The notes under the pieces: model-generated
The model's input: the letters and a program-made list of their open reading frames with translations, nothing else
What the model was told of the DNA's origin: nothing
Database searches by the model: none
Part shown: one piece after another, positions 1 to 10,956 of the stretch
Position numbering within the stretch: position 1 is the stretch's first letter
How the letters are laid out: each line of letters begins with the position of its first letter
Program-made: the position numbers and the translations under genes
Source of the DNA: Candidatus Bathyarchaeia archaeon
GTDB taxonomy: Archaea > Thermoproteota > Bathyarchaeia > Bathyarchaeales > Bathycorpusculaceae
Direction: 5' to 3'
Assembly: GCA_041676085.1 (NCBI GenBank)
Contig: JBAYSO010000001.1
Span: 1 to 33,657, forward strand
Length of the DNA stretch: 33,657 nt

Positions 1-99
1 CGTTGTTCGCCGCTTCTTCACACACAATACTTGAAACTTGATATATCATGATCATACAAAGACATGAACTGTATAAAAAAGGGGAGCTAATCTGCTTTT

Positions 100-1146
100 T
101 TACTTACGTAGTAAATATTTTCTTAAAACGAGAGATGTTGTAGGGATTGTGCATATTGCCAGAATACTTAAAATAAAGTCTGCTACCATGGTTGATTCTG
201 TTGATTGTTTTGGACCGATGTATTCAGTTCCAGCTACGGATCCTGCACAGTACCATGTTACTGGTTGCCCTGCTGAGATGCCTCCACCTATGGATACGTG
301 GTTTATTCCAGAATTGTTATTGTTTGTGAGCGCTGTTGCGTTGTATTCTTCAGCATTGTTTAAATAGAAGTGGACTTCTCCGTCTCCGCCGCCTTGTATA
401 GCCTTGAGTTCAACTAGATACCATGTATCTTCTTCCACTGTTCGCGGTGAGGTATAATTATAGAGTTGACTATTGTTGCTAAATGAAAGTCGCCAGTACG
501 CTGCATCGTTTTCACAAACTACATTTAGACTGCACACAGAGTTTTCTGGCCCAAAGTTAGTTTCAATACCTGAATTGTACATGCCGCCTGCACCAATATA
601 ACTATAGTCTGTGGTAGGTAGATTATCAAAGAATACGTACCAACGCCAGTAAAGTGAAGTATAGTTCTGGTCTAACCACTTGTATAGGTAACCCCAGCAC
701 TCGTTTGTTGCATACGATGTGGCGCATTTCAGCATCTGATTTTCAACTGATAGGTTTACAGCAGCAGTAGTAGTATTTGTCCACGCAGAAAAGTTGCCTG
801 ACTCGAAATTACCGTTAAAAACTATGTAGGAAGCGGGGTCAGGCGTCGGCATTGGGGTAGGCGTTGGAATGGAAGTTGCCGTAGGTTCAGGAGTCGGGGT
901 AGACGGCGATGAAGAAGAGGAGCTACTAGAACTTGAACTTGATGTAAATGGTTTTTTAGTAGGCGTCGGTGATGGGGTGGGTTCTGGTGTAGGGGTAACA
1001 GTTGTTTCGGGTGCAGGTGTGGGTGAAACTGGTGGTTCAGTATTGGAATTAGATGTTAACATTCCTGAGTTGAGTGTGACTACAGCAACAGCAACGATTA
1101 GTATGGCAATGATTGCTGAAGCTAAAACTTTTTGTTTTTTCTGCAT
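100..1146 (-). CDS. Secreted/membrane-anchored protein: Pro/Thr/Ser linker plus beta-sandwich (LamG/ConA-like) domain
   Basis: N-terminal hydrophobic helix, long PTPTP/poly-S linker, NGNFESGNFSAW and TWYLVELK..VHFYLN strands, C-terminal TM followed by RKYLLRK. Confidence 0.7.
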   Translation of the reverse strand: MQKKQKVLASAIIAILIVAVAVVTLNSGMLTSNSNTEPPVSPTPAPETTVTPTPEPTPSPTPTKKPFTSSSSSSSSSSSSPSTPTPEPTATSIPTPTPMPTPDPASYIVFNGNFESGNFSAWTNTTTAAVNLSVENQMLKCATSYATNECWGYLYKWLDQNYTSLYWRWYVFFDNLPTTDYSYIGAGGMYNSGIETNFGPENSVCSLNVVCENDAAYWRLSFSNNSQLYNYTSPRTVEEDTWYLVELKAIQGGGDGEVHFYLNNAEEYNATALTNNNNSGINHVSIGGGISAGQPVTWYCAGSVAGTEYIGPKQSTESTMVADFILSILAICTIPTTSLVLRKYLLRK

Positions 1147-1274
1147 AATAAAACCTTCTAAAAAGTATGTTTTAGTTTAGAAGTTGATACCAAGCCTTCA
1201 CTTGTCCTAGAAGAAAAAAGCAATTACTTGCTTATTATAGTATGTGACTGTGACTTGCCTATAGCAAACGCTCA

Positions 1275-1925
1275 CTACTCTTTTACAATAAACCGGAAGC
1301 TACCGTCCTTGGGATAATAAATAATATTTTGGGTAGCTTGCACTTCAGGAAATTCCTTATACTTGCCCTTATACTCGAGTACTTTGTCTTCGATTTCTTG
1401 TTTTAGTCGAGCCCATTCTTCTTCGCTATTACAAGTCAATTTCAACTCAGCCAGCAACTCTCTTTTAGAATGCGTACCGACCATTTTTCGACGGAGCGCG
1501 CCACCAGCCATTTTACGGTAGCTGTAGCCCTTATACAAATAGGGGGCGCCTGCAAAACCCATACCTCTTAAAGCCTCTGCGACAGTGTTAGGAAGCACAT
1601 TCCAATCTGGATAAGCTAAGAACTCGTAAGATTCAGGGACATCACCTTTTCTTTTCGGCTTGGGGGTCTTCCAAACCCAAGGGGAATGATCAGGAAACTT
1701 GGGGGTCTCCAAGTTAGCGCTCAATTTTTCAGGTTCTGGCTGAGCTGTGGATTTTACCATGCCTCTCTGTGGTTCAAACACGTCACCCATCCTAAGAAGA
1801 TAACGAAGAGCACCCTGGTCAGGAACCATAGCGGTATCCACCATCCCTAAACCGCTCACGTGCTGCTCCTTTTGAATCCACTTCAATGTATCTTTCGCTC
1901 GGTCAGAGAGAGATTTTTCAGACAT
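1275..1925 (-). CDS. Hypothetical protein, possible N-terminal winged-helix-like segment
   Basis: 216-aa ORF; LRYLLRMGDVFEPQRGMVK resembles the wing of archaeal MCM C-terminal WH domains. Confidence 0.55.
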   Translation of the reverse strand: MSEKSLSDRAKDTLKWIQKEQHVSGLGMVDTAMVPDQGALRYLLRMGDVFEPQRGMVKSTAQPEPEKLSANLETPKFPDHSPWVWKTPKPKRKGDVPESYEFLAYPDWNVLPNTVAEALRGMGFAGAPYLYKGYSYRKMAGGALRRKMVGTHSKRELLAELKLTCNSEEEWARLKQEIEDKVLEYKGKYKEFPEVQATQNIIYYPKDGSFRFIVKE

Positions 1926-2846
1926 ACAGAACCACCTAAATTTATTTTTACACTAAAGCTTTTTGCAGAAATATTATCTAAAAGTTTCCTTTGTGACGCT
2001 TAAAATAAAAATAGAAATACAATTTTGTACAAAAAACACCAAACAAAATTATTTCACTACGTTAATATAGTTTAACAAGTAACAAAAATTACAATTTAGC
2101 ACTAAAAAGTAGTTAATTTGAAACAGTCGCTAACTCTATTTATATGGTTTAACGGTAAGTATTTATATCAGCAATAAACAAAGAGAGATATTGATAGTTG
2201 TCTAGGAAAAAGACTATAAGAGATATACTTGGCAGAACTGGCTCTTTTCAGAGTCGCTTGAGCCTTATATTTCCCTACTACTCGACCGTCCCCTTCTTGG
2301 GCAACTATCGCTTTAGCCTTCCTACCGCAAGTTAGATATTTAAAAATTGTTGACACAAACTTGGCTATCGCCTTGGTCAGAGTTTTTTTAAAAAAAATCA
2401 AAGATAATTAAAAATGATAGTAAAAATGCAAAAGAGCGCTTGCCCCAAATAAAAATAGTCGGTCAATAGTTTGACGTATTAAATTAGTAATGAATGTGAC
2501 ATTTGCTATCTTTACTGAGCCTATTAGGGCTTAACCCATGCATGATGTAGAATAACTTTATTTCAAAAGGACATAAGTCATTGACTGTTTAGTAAAGCTG
2601 ACTGCTTTACGCATTTCCTATTCTTGCCTATGCCTCGGCTAACTACGTCAATACCAAAACATTTTATTTGCTGAGAAGTCGAACAGTCTAAACATTTCTT
2701 TGTAACTGCCCTAACTATAACCGCCACCAATCAAACATTATTGAACACCCTCTTTCTGGTAATTTAAGTTTCGCTATGTAGTATACACAAATTACTCGGA
2801 TCGACATTTGAGAAGACTTTTATTACTTCCATCTTAGTTTAGTCCT

Positions 2847-3365
2847 ATGGCACTACAAGCCTTAACAAGCACACTTCGATCCAAAAGGTTCTGGGTTTGG
2901 CAGATCGGCGGCGCAGCAATCTATGCTATCCCAGTTACGATTAGACTTGTAACGGGCAATGTCATATTACCCTTTCTGGGTTTGCTTGAAACTCCATGGG
3001 TAGGTCATATGGTACCTGCCAACCTTGTCGAAAAGATACTGGTTAATGGATTCTTTCCGGGTGCAGCAGGTGCAATAGCAGGTGAAATCTTTTTCACCAA
3101 CTTTAATAGAGGGACACCGACAAGTAGTCGTCGAAAATATGTGTACCGCTTAACAGGAGCACTGTTTTATGCTACTATTTTCTCGCTTTTCCAATTATTC
3201 GGTTACATGGCAAATATTGTCGCTTCGTATGGTAGTAATCTCTTTGAATACCCGGGAGTTTATCCGCTAAATACCCTCTTAGCGTCGTTGTCAATTTTCA
3301 CCCCGGCCATTGTTTGCTACTTAAAAAACAAAGCGACCAATACTTACCATAAGTTTAAACGTTAA
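2847..3365 (+). CDS. Hypothetical integral membrane protein
   Basis: 172 aa with about four hydrophobic segments and a basic tail. Confidence 0.7.
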   Translation: MALQALTSTLRSKRFWVWQIGGAAIYAIPVTIRLVTGNVILPFLGLLETPWVGHMVPANLVEKILVNGFFPGAAGAIAGEIFFTNFNRGTPTSSRRKYVYRLTGALFYATIFSLFQLFGYMANIVASYGSNLFEYPGVYPLNTLLASLSIFTPAIVCYLKNKATNTYHKFKR

Positions 3366-3408
3366 CTATATCATCAAGTTATATTCTCTTTTAGCAATTG
3401 TTTTAGCT

Positions 3409-3894
3409 ATGTCATTTCATGTAAGACGTAAAGACAGAGAAATCACAGACGCATCTGAAATACGAAAAGTCTTAAAGGCAACCAAATACGTCACCGTCGC
3501 TTTTTGCATGAACAATGAACCGTATCTTGTCTCACTTAGTCACGGCTTTGATGCACAACACACTTGCATCTATTTCCACTGTGCATCTGAGGGCAAAAAA
3601 CTCGTCTACGCACAGGCAAACAACCGCGTTTGGGGACAAACAGTACTCGATTACGATGCTACTGACGAATGTGACTCTGCATATACGTCTGTTCATTTTA
3701 GCGGCAAAATCGTTTTTCTAACAGATCCAAAAGAGAAATGGCATGCACTCAAAATCCTTGTGCGCCAAACTTCAAATACTCCTGAAGAAAAACTAGCCAA
3801 AGTTAAACCTGAGAAACTTTTGAAAACAACAATTGGCAGAATAGACATAACATACATGACTGGTAAAAGACATGAAATTTCGCCCACACGTTAA
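3409..3894 (+). CDS. Pyridoxamine 5'-phosphate oxidase-like flavin-binding protein (NimA-like)
   Basis: RRKDREI start, PYLVSLSHG, IYFHCASEGKK, YTSVHFSG and MTGK end are typical of this family. Confidence 0.88.
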   Translation: MSFHVRRKDREITDASEIRKVLKATKYVTVAFCMNNEPYLVSLSHGFDAQHTCIYFHCASEGKKLVYAQANNRVWGQTVLDYDATDECDSAYTSVHFSGKIVFLTDPKEKWHALKILVRQTSNTPEEKLAKVKPEKLLKTTIGRIDITYMTGKRHEISPTR

Positions 3895-3949
3895 CTGTAT
3901 CTGGAAATAATTTTAAATCAAACAATGCAGCTAACCAACTGGAAAGTAA

Positions 3950-5188
3950 ATGCTTAGCAAACTGTCCTCACGCTTTACAAAAACCGCTGCTATTCTCGTA
4001 ATGCTTTTCGTTGTTGCCTTTGTCGTTTATTGGGTTACAGGCCCAGGACATGCAACATATTACAACTATTATGTACGTTTAGCAGATGCCTTTCTTCATG
4101 GTCGATTGTACTTGCTAGATAACCCAAGCTGGCTAAACGAACTCGTACCCCACCCTTCCGGTATAGGATACTATGTTGTTTATCCACCCTTTCCAGCTAT
4201 CCTAATGGCACCTATTGTGGCAGTTTTTGGGTTAGAACTCAATCAAACTCTATTTGGTTTATTCTTCGCGGCAGCTACAGTTCCTCTGGCGTATCTTGTC
4301 GCCAAATCAGCATTAGTAAAGATGCAATACCAAACCGAATCAAAGAGGACATACGTTTGGTTTGCAGTACTATTCGGGTTCAGTACCATATTCTGGTATC
4401 TCTCAAGCATTGGGTCTGTCTGGCTTATCGCACAAGTCACATCAACATTTTTCATGCTATTTGCACTCTATGAATGTTTAAACAAGAATCGACCAATTCT
4501 TGTTGGTTTGCTTGTTGGTGCATCCTTCTGGTGTAGACTACCAACGGCATTGGGAATTTTCTTTTTTGCAGCACTATCGATTTTTCAACAGCCAAATTCA
4601 GAATTAAAAAACAAGTTCAGGTCTGCATTACCCTACCTTGTCAAATTAGCAGTTGGAATGGGTGTATTTGTACTCCTAAACTTTGCCTACAACTATGCAC
4701 GTTATGGCACTGTGTTTGACGTTGGTTACTGGATGATTCCTGGGCTTATGGATGAACCATGGTTTAGGCATGGACACTTTAGTTTACTTTATATAACTGA
4801 TAATTTGCAGCCATTCTTACTGGGATTACCCATGCTAACTTCAACAGCGCCATACATTCAATTCCCAATGAGTGGTATGGCCATCTGGTTTACCTCACCA
4901 GCATTCATCTTTGCCCTTCACTCAAAAATCAAAGATCAAGTTACATGGTCTAGTTGGCTAGCAATCTTTGCTATAGTAACAGTCATATTCACCAATGCCG
5001 CGACCGGCTGGGGATTTGGTTACCGTTACGCAGTTGATTTCTACCCATTCCTATTTCTCTTAACAGTACGTGGGATTGGGGGAAACTTGAAGTGGTACCA
5101 TAAACTCCTACTTATCTTAGGTGTCGTCGTGAATTTGGTTGGTGTGATAACCATTAACAAGTTTCCGGACGCAAGAGTCCTTGTATAA
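3950..5188 (+). CDS. Multi-pass membrane protein, probable GT-C fold glycosyltransferase
   Basis: About ten TM segments; LADAFLHGRL, YYVVYPPFPAILMAP, YNYARYG and GFGYRYAVDFYPFL motifs. Confidence 0.65.
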   Translation: MLSKLSSRFTKTAAILVMLFVVAFVVYWVTGPGHATYYNYYVRLADAFLHGRLYLLDNPSWLNELVPHPSGIGYYVVYPPFPAILMAPIVAVFGLELNQTLFGLFFAAATVPLAYLVAKSALVKMQYQTESKRTYVWFAVLFGFSTIFWYLSSIGSVWLIAQVTSTFFMLFALYECLNKNRPILVGLLVGASFWCRLPTALGIFFFAALSIFQQPNSELKNKFRSALPYLVKLAVGMGVFVLLNFAYNYARYGTVFDVGYWMIPGLMDEPWFRHGHFSLLYITDNLQPFLLGLPMLTSTAPYIQFPMSGMAIWFTSPAFIFALHSKIKDQVTWSSWLAIFAIVTVIFTNAATGWGFGYRYAVDFYPFLFLLTVRGIGGNLKWYHKLLLILGVVVNLVGVITINKFPDARVLV

Positions 5189-5304
5189 GTGTTGACAGCT
5201 ACCAATAGAGGGTACTTACCGTAGGTTTATCCCAGTATTGAGGGCTCTAAATCGGGAAAGCTTAATTAACATAATTATCGTGTATTGTTGCGGCGTATCA
5301 GTTA

Positions 5305-5382
5305 GCCCAGGTAGTATAGCTCGGTCTAGTATATGCGGCTGTCGCCCGTAGGACCCGGGTCCGAATCCCGGCCTGGGCGCCA
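5305..5382 (+). tRNA. tRNA-Asp(GTC), intronless, CCA encoded
   Basis: Acceptor GCCCAGG/CCTGGGC, anticodon arm TGCGG-CT GTC GC-CCGTA, T arm CCGGG-TCCGAAT-CCCGG, discriminator G then CCA. Confidence 0.95.
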
Positions 5383-5961
5383 TTTCTCTTATTCACGTCT
5401 TTTTCAGGTTCTAAAACTAAAAACCGCGAAGAATAGATGTTCCAATGTAGCTACGCAATGACAGCATCCAGTTCCTTATAGCTACATGCTAAATACGCAA
5501 TACCCCCGATCTTTTATTTGAAATTAGTTTTTGAGCTCAAAGACATCAGTAACAATTGAATAAAAAAATGAATAATCGATTTTTTTACTATGAGTTCAAT
5601 TTATTCTTCTCGCATAGTTTCCTGAAAGTTTACTTCACCAAAAGAATTCTTAAAAAATAACTTTTTGAGCACATACCCTAATATAGTCTTGGTGACATTT
5701 GTGAACCATTAGAATTATTTCGAGAAAGAGAAAAACATCAAACAACTTTTTCTCCAGATTATTCTAAGTATATGCTTAGGTCTTGATAGTCGTAACCGAA
5801 TACAAGGAAAGGATCGCTAACTGCTTAAAAAAGACATTTGCAGTAGCTATGAAACCTCTCTTTGAAGAGAGGACTGTTTGGTTACTGAAAGACGACTTAA
5901 GAATAGGTATTGGCACTAACTCGATAAGTTATTTCTAAAATCGAACATTGGAGGAAAAAAT

Positions 5962-6750
5962 ATGTCTGAGCAAAAACTTGAGTACCCAGAACCCGGCGAA
6001 TTGGTTATGGCAACGATAAAAACCGTGATGGATTACGGAGTTTACGCTGATCTTGATGAATACAAAAAAAGAGGTTTTCTTCATATCTCTGAAATCTCTA
6101 GCGCCCGTATAAGAAACATCCGTGACTTCGTTAGAGAAAACCAGAAGATGGTCCTTAAAGTATTACGGGTCAACACTGAAAAAGGACACATCGACTTATC
6201 GTTGAGGCGCGTCACCAAACGAGAACGGACTGAAAAGGTCAAATCTTGGAAAAAAGACCGCAAAGGAGATGCATTGCTTTATGTTATAGCTGAACGCACT
6301 GGACTAACAAGAGAGGAAGTGTACCAGAAAGTCGGCGCTATACTAGAAGAGAAATATGGTCTTTACGACGGTTTTGAAATGGCCCTAAAAGAAGGGACTT
6401 CAGCCTTGGTCCAGTTAAATATCCCCGAAGATCTTGCTAATGCTGTATTTCAAGTTGCAGAGGAACGGATTAAAGTTAAGACGGTCAAGGTTTGGGGTAT
6501 TCTTGAAATGCGTTGCCCTCGACCAAACGGAGTTAAATGCATTCAAGAGGCATTTAAAAGCGCCAAAAAAGTTCACAAAACCAAAGACTCCACAATTGAC
6601 TTCTCAGTTATCGCAGCTCCAAAGTACCGTGTTGTAGTTTCAGCGGATAATTGGAAACGAGCCGAAGAAATCCTTAGTAAAATAAGCGAAGGAGTAATTG
6701 CTAATATACGCAATGCAGGCGGATTTGGCGAGTTCAAAAGAGGGAAATAA
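5962..6750 (+). CDS. eif2a: Translation initiation factor 2 subunit alpha (aIF2-alpha)
   Basis: YPEPGELV, S1 domain GFLHISEISSARIRNIRD, KVLRVNTEKGHIDLSLRRV, AAPKYRV; GGAGG upstream of the ATG. Confidence 0.96.
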   Translation: MSEQKLEYPEPGELVMATIKTVMDYGVYADLDEYKKRGFLHISEISSARIRNIRDFVRENQKMVLKVLRVNTEKGHIDLSLRRVTKRERTEKVKSWKKDRKGDALLYVIAERTGLTREEVYQKVGAILEEKYGLYDGFEMALKEGTSALVQLNIPEDLANAVFQVAEERIKVKTVKVWGILEMRCPRPNGVKCIQEAFKSAKKVHKTKDSTIDFSVIAAPKYRVVVSADNWKRAEEILSKISEGVIANIRNAGGFGEFKRGK

Positions 6751-7369
6751 TCACCAACAAAGGTAAAGAAGCATTAAGTCAAACTTAAAATATAGTAGTC
6801 TAGACAAAATAAAATGCAATAGTTAATAATTGAGAATAATAGCGATTAAAACGACTGTATAAGTCTATATTTAGTGCTTGAACTACTAAATATTTAATGT
6901 AATAAATATTGCAGTTTCATTTTTCTACTTATTTGATCGTATTGATAATAAGCCTCTGAATTACACGCTGTTTTTTTAATGAATCCAAGAACTGAAGTTT
7001 GTTTGAACTCCCACTTTTTCTATTTAAACTTAGAATTTGGAATATTATTCAGTCTATATTGTGTTTTCATAAGTGATAAATTATTTTTAATATAAACAAT
7101 AAGCGATTGTTATAGCAAAACAATTAGAGATTCCTTATGCAACTTGCCACTGTGGGCTTAAAAAGGACAAGAAATTTTCTTGCAATCCAGATGGCTGCAA
7201 TGAACTTACTGCTTGGTTATATGCGGATGCACTTCAACTGTGCAAGGATAAAAAATGAGAGTTCAGATAAAACTGTCAAGATTGCAATGCAATACGTTTT
7301 TTGAAGTTTATTTTTTTTGTTGCAATAATGATTTATATTTATAGTACAACAAAATCTAATGAGATTAAC

Positions 7370-8134
7370 ATGAGTAATGCCACAATAGTCACGCTCACAG
7401 CCGACAATTACACTGAACTAGGCGTACCATGTTTTTTAAACCCTAATCAAGCAGGGCACCAAATAAAACTTCAATGGCTAAAAAGACAATTGAAAGAAGG
7501 CTACATAATTAAGCATCTGTTGCTTGAAAACCAAAAGAAACCAATTGGTTTCATAGAATATACTTCAGGAGAGTTTGCATGGAGAGCAGTCGACGCTCCA
7601 AATCACCTGTTGATAAACTGTATGTGGATTAACCCCAATCAGTTTAAACACAAGGGATATGGTTCACTACTGGTCGAAAAATGTGTTAAGGATGCACAGC
7701 ATCAAAGTAAAACCGGAGTTGCAGTCATCACCAGCAATGGACCCTTTATGGCAAAGAAGGACCTGTTTCTAAAAAATGGATTTGAAGTGGTCGCTCAGGA
7801 CGATCGCTTTGAGTTGCTTGTAAAAAAACTTAAGAGCGGAAACTTGCCCAAGTTTATGGATTGGCGAAAGCAGTTATCTCAATACAATGGCTTAAACATC
7901 GTTTATACTAAGCAGTGCCCATGGGTTGCTAGGTTCATCGATGAAATAGGAGAAATCGTAGAGGAGAAAAAACTCCGCTTAACTGTGATAGAATTAAAAA
8001 CTGCCAGTGAAGCTCAGATGGCACCTTCGATTTATGCTACTTTTACTTTAATCTACGACGGAAAAATCCTCGTTGATCATTATATCTCTAGTACGCGTTT
8101 CAAAAATATTCTAAAAAAACAATTAAACATATGA
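7370..8134 (+). CDS. GNAT-family acetyltransferase with C-terminal YoaP-like domain
   Basis: GFIEY, INCMWI, KHKGYGSLL acetyl-CoA motif, QCPW and AQMAPS; ATG 7370 preferred over the upstream TTG. Confidence 0.85.
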   Translation: MSNATIVTLTADNYTELGVPCFLNPNQAGHQIKLQWLKRQLKEGYIIKHLLLENQKKPIGFIEYTSGEFAWRAVDAPNHLLINCMWINPNQFKHKGYGSLLVEKCVKDAQHQSKTGVAVITSNGPFMAKKDLFLKNGFEVVAQDDRFELLVKKLKSGNLPKFMDWRKQLSQYNGLNIVYTKQCPWVARFIDEIGEIVEEKKLRLTVIELKTASEAQMAPSIYATFTLIYDGKILVDHYISSTRFKNILKKQLNI

Positions 8135-8211
8135 CAATCGCAGCTTGATCCTTTTCTTTAGCTTTATTACATTTAAAGCCTATTATTATTCGGACTTTTG
8201 AAGGTTAAAAG

Positions 8212-8793
8212 GTGGAATACCCAGAACTACATCACCAAGCTAAGCATATCGATCGTTTAATAGATGAGAATATACATGCAAAGAGAACGGTTTTTCTAAC
8301 AACTGACCAATTACAAACCATAGTCGTAAAGGTTTGTCCAGATTTCTATGTTGAAGATCGTGGTTGGCATAAAATCGTTTTTCGTCACCGCCGAGTCGAC
8401 AAGAATGTAGTGCTTAAAATTGGGCCACAACAAAGCATAGAAAATGACCACCGAACTTACAAACGGGTACCCCATAGAATTCGGCATCAAATATTCGCAC
8501 GCTTATTTTGGCATACCAAGTATTGCCTACTCCAAGAGTATGGCGACCCAGCGGATGTGTCAGCGGAGCAGTTATCTTGTATTAGACGATTAATCTATAG
8601 ATTTGGTATTTTCGATGTTAAAGCAGACAACCTAAGAAAAATCGAGGGTGATTTAAAAATAATCGATGCAAATGCAATACGGATTCCGTTACCCACCCAG
8701 ATGAGAATAGCTGATGAATTAAAAGCGAAATTTCCTGAAAAACTCGAAAAAATAATAGGAAAAGTAATTAAGCGTTTAAAAAAGTTAGCTTGA
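8212..8793 (+). CDS. Minimal protein-kinase-like fold protein
   Basis: DRGWHKIVF (Gly-loop-like), VVLKIG, LLQEY hinge, FDVKADNL catalytic loop, KIIDAN (DFG position). Confidence 0.65.
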   Translation: MEYPELHHQAKHIDRLIDENIHAKRTVFLTTDQLQTIVVKVCPDFYVEDRGWHKIVFRHRRVDKNVVLKIGPQQSIENDHRTYKRVPHRIRHQIFARLFWHTKYCLLQEYGDPADVSAEQLSCIRRLIYRFGIFDVKADNLRKIEGDLKIIDANAIRIPLPTQMRIADELKAKFPEKLEKIIGKVIKRLKKLA

Positions 8794-9043
8794 TGCTTTA
8801 TTTAATTTTAACCAAGCCAGCTTTTATATCGGTAAGAGTTTGTTAAAAATGCCCAAATTGCAATTGACACTGTAAAATTTAGCTAATGTATTTAGGCTAT
8901 TTTGGTCTCCTAATGACCATAACGAATTCATTCCTTTAGCAAACATCCAACCCAATGGATGAAATCAAAGTAATCAACAAGTCATTTTTAACTAAACATG
9001 TGCAGAAAAGATATACACCTATAACATTAACTATTTTTAGAAA

Positions 9044-10402
9044 ATGACTTTAACCCAAAAACCAGCATTCAATGTAACAAACCCCGACAACTGGCTACAG
9101 GATATCATAAGAAAAGTAAACCGTTCAGTCGAACCTCAAGTCCTAACTCGAGTGAATGACAGCCTTTGTGTACTATGCAAAGGATCACGCATGCTTTGCG
9201 GAAAAACCCGCTGTCCAATAATTGTTAAAGTCAACACTTTCCTCAAAAGCAGCCCTTTAATGGAAAAAGAAAACATCAATGGCAACTCGCCACCTAGTGT
9301 TTTCATAGGCAGAATAGGTTACCCCAATGTCTACATAGGTCCACTAGTGCCTCCAGTACAAGAGGATACATCTATTTTTGATCTACCAGAACAGTGGTTT
9401 GGTAAGTCAATGGATGAAATCGTAGGGTTCCGTAGTCTGCTAATCCGTGGCAAACACATGGTTAATGTAACAAAAATCAATGAAGCAGGCAAAATCTTGG
9501 ATCAAACCAGAGAGTTGGCACTCGCTGATAACAGTGTCGACACTGAGCTAAACCTAACTAAGAAACCAATAGGCTCAATAACTTTGAGCGATGACGTGCA
9601 ACCATTTGGGCCCTCAGCACCCATCAAAGACCTCCGCGTAGGCAATACACGCTACAACGACAAAATAGAGAAAGCATATTATGACACAGACTTACGGGCA
9701 ACAAACGCCATCGTTGACCTATACAATCGAGGCGTCTTGGTTACTAAAATTCAAAAAGCATTCAGTGTTGGCGCGTTTGGTATTGAAAAGAATCGACGTC
9801 TAGTACCCACAAGATGGAGTATTACAGCTGTCGACGACGCTATATCCAAAAGTCTAGTTAAGCAAGTCAAGACTTACCCGGAAATCAATGAGTATCGAAT
9901 ATACGAATCAATCTATATGGACAATGTTTTTGAAATTTTAATGCTTCCGCAACAATGGAGCTATGAGTCGATGGAAGCATGGTACCCCGGCACCGTTTGG
10001 AATCCTAACGGCTCATCTGTAGCGATTTATAGTGACTGGGAAGGCAACAACGGACGTAGAACCTACGCAGTAATTGGCGGCTGCTACTACAGCGCCCGCT
10101 TAGCTGTCTGCGAACAACTTCTAAAGGAGCGCCGTCAAGCTACTGCAATCGTTATTCGTGAAGCTCGTTCTGGCTACATTATGCCCATTGGTGTCTGGCA
10201 AGTCCGAGAAAATGTTCGGAATGCTATGCGCCAGAAACCCTACAAATTTAACACTATAGCTCAAGCTCTGCAGTTTTTGAATGGTAAATTTGAAATTCCA
10301 TTGCAGCGTTGGATTTCCCAGAGTAAATTGTTGCAAAAAGCATTGTTTCAACGGCGTATTAGTGATTTCTTTGCGTCTCAACAATCTTCTGCACAAACGT
10401 AA
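9044..10402 (+). CDS. nreA: Nre-family archaeal DNA repair protein
   Basis: CVLCKGSRMLCGKTRCP, SPPSVFIGRIGYP, LVPTRWSITAVDD, GGCYYSARL, GVWQVRENVR and C-terminal PIP box QRRISDFF. Confidence 0.93.
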   Translation: MTLTQKPAFNVTNPDNWLQDIIRKVNRSVEPQVLTRVNDSLCVLCKGSRMLCGKTRCPIIVKVNTFLKSSPLMEKENINGNSPPSVFIGRIGYPNVYIGPLVPPVQEDTSIFDLPEQWFGKSMDEIVGFRSLLIRGKHMVNVTKINEAGKILDQTRELALADNSVDTELNLTKKPIGSITLSDDVQPFGPSAPIKDLRVGNTRYNDKIEKAYYDTDLRATNAIVDLYNRGVLVTKIQKAFSVGAFGIEKNRRLVPTRWSITAVDDAISKSLVKQVKTYPEINEYRIYESIYMDNVFEILMLPQQWSYESMEAWYPGTVWNPNGSSVAIYSDWEGNNGRRTYAVIGGCYYSARLAVCEQLLKERRQATAIVIREARSGYIMPIGVWQVRENVRNAMRQKPYKFNTIAQALQFLNGKFEIPLQRWISQSKLLQKALFQRRISDFFASQQSSAQT

Positions 10403-10431
10403 TATAATACGCTATCACAAAAGAGTTGTTT

Positions 10432-10888
10432 ATGCCGAATGTAATTCGTTATGACTTCAGAGTTTAATGTTTCCGCTGAAGCTGCATACAAATGGTGTAC
10501 AGATTACGGTTCAGATGGTCACTCTTTAATTAACAATAAAAACGCCCAACGCTTGATAAATTGGCTAACTAACAGCACAGTTATTCTAAAAAACGTTTTT
10601 TTCACAAGTAGTGGCATCGTTGAAAAGGAAAAACTCGTGCAACTCTATCCTGACCAGTTGATATGGATTTCTACATATCTTACTGGACCTAATAAACACT
10701 CACAATTTATCTATCAAATCCTGAAAAATAACAAAGAAACTTCATCTAAATTTTAGGGCCATCCACATAGAATACAGAGAAAACCTAACTCAAGATTAGT
10801 TCAAAAATTATCTGAGGAACTTGGCAAGAGTGATTTAGAAGCATGGAAGGGATATGCTAACGTGATGAAGAAAAAATTAGTCAGATAG
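10432..10888 (+). pseudogene. Frameshifted hypothetical gene, possibly START/SRPBCC-like
   Basis: Plausible continuous protein across frames: MPNVIRY / FNVSAEAAYKWCTDY...SSK / FRAIHIEYRENLT / LVQKLSEELGKSDLEAWKGYANVMKKKLVR*. Confidence 0.6.
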
Positions 10889-10956
10889 TATTGCTTTTAG
10901 CGTCATTTGGGTAAAATCTTAAAAAAGTTGGCGCTCTATACTTTCACAGACCACAC

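Noticed and set aside
2168-2401. 77-aa ORF and a c-di-GMP-riboswitch-like look (GGGACG..AGCCAGTT) on the minus strand
   Set aside because: No protein motif; the GCAAA core elements and stems of the riboswitch are missing
2462-2475. GTCAA-tagt-TTGAC palindrome
   Set aside because: Spacer is 4 nt rather than 6 and lacks the GAAA core and adjacent BRE/TATA, so it was not counted with the motif
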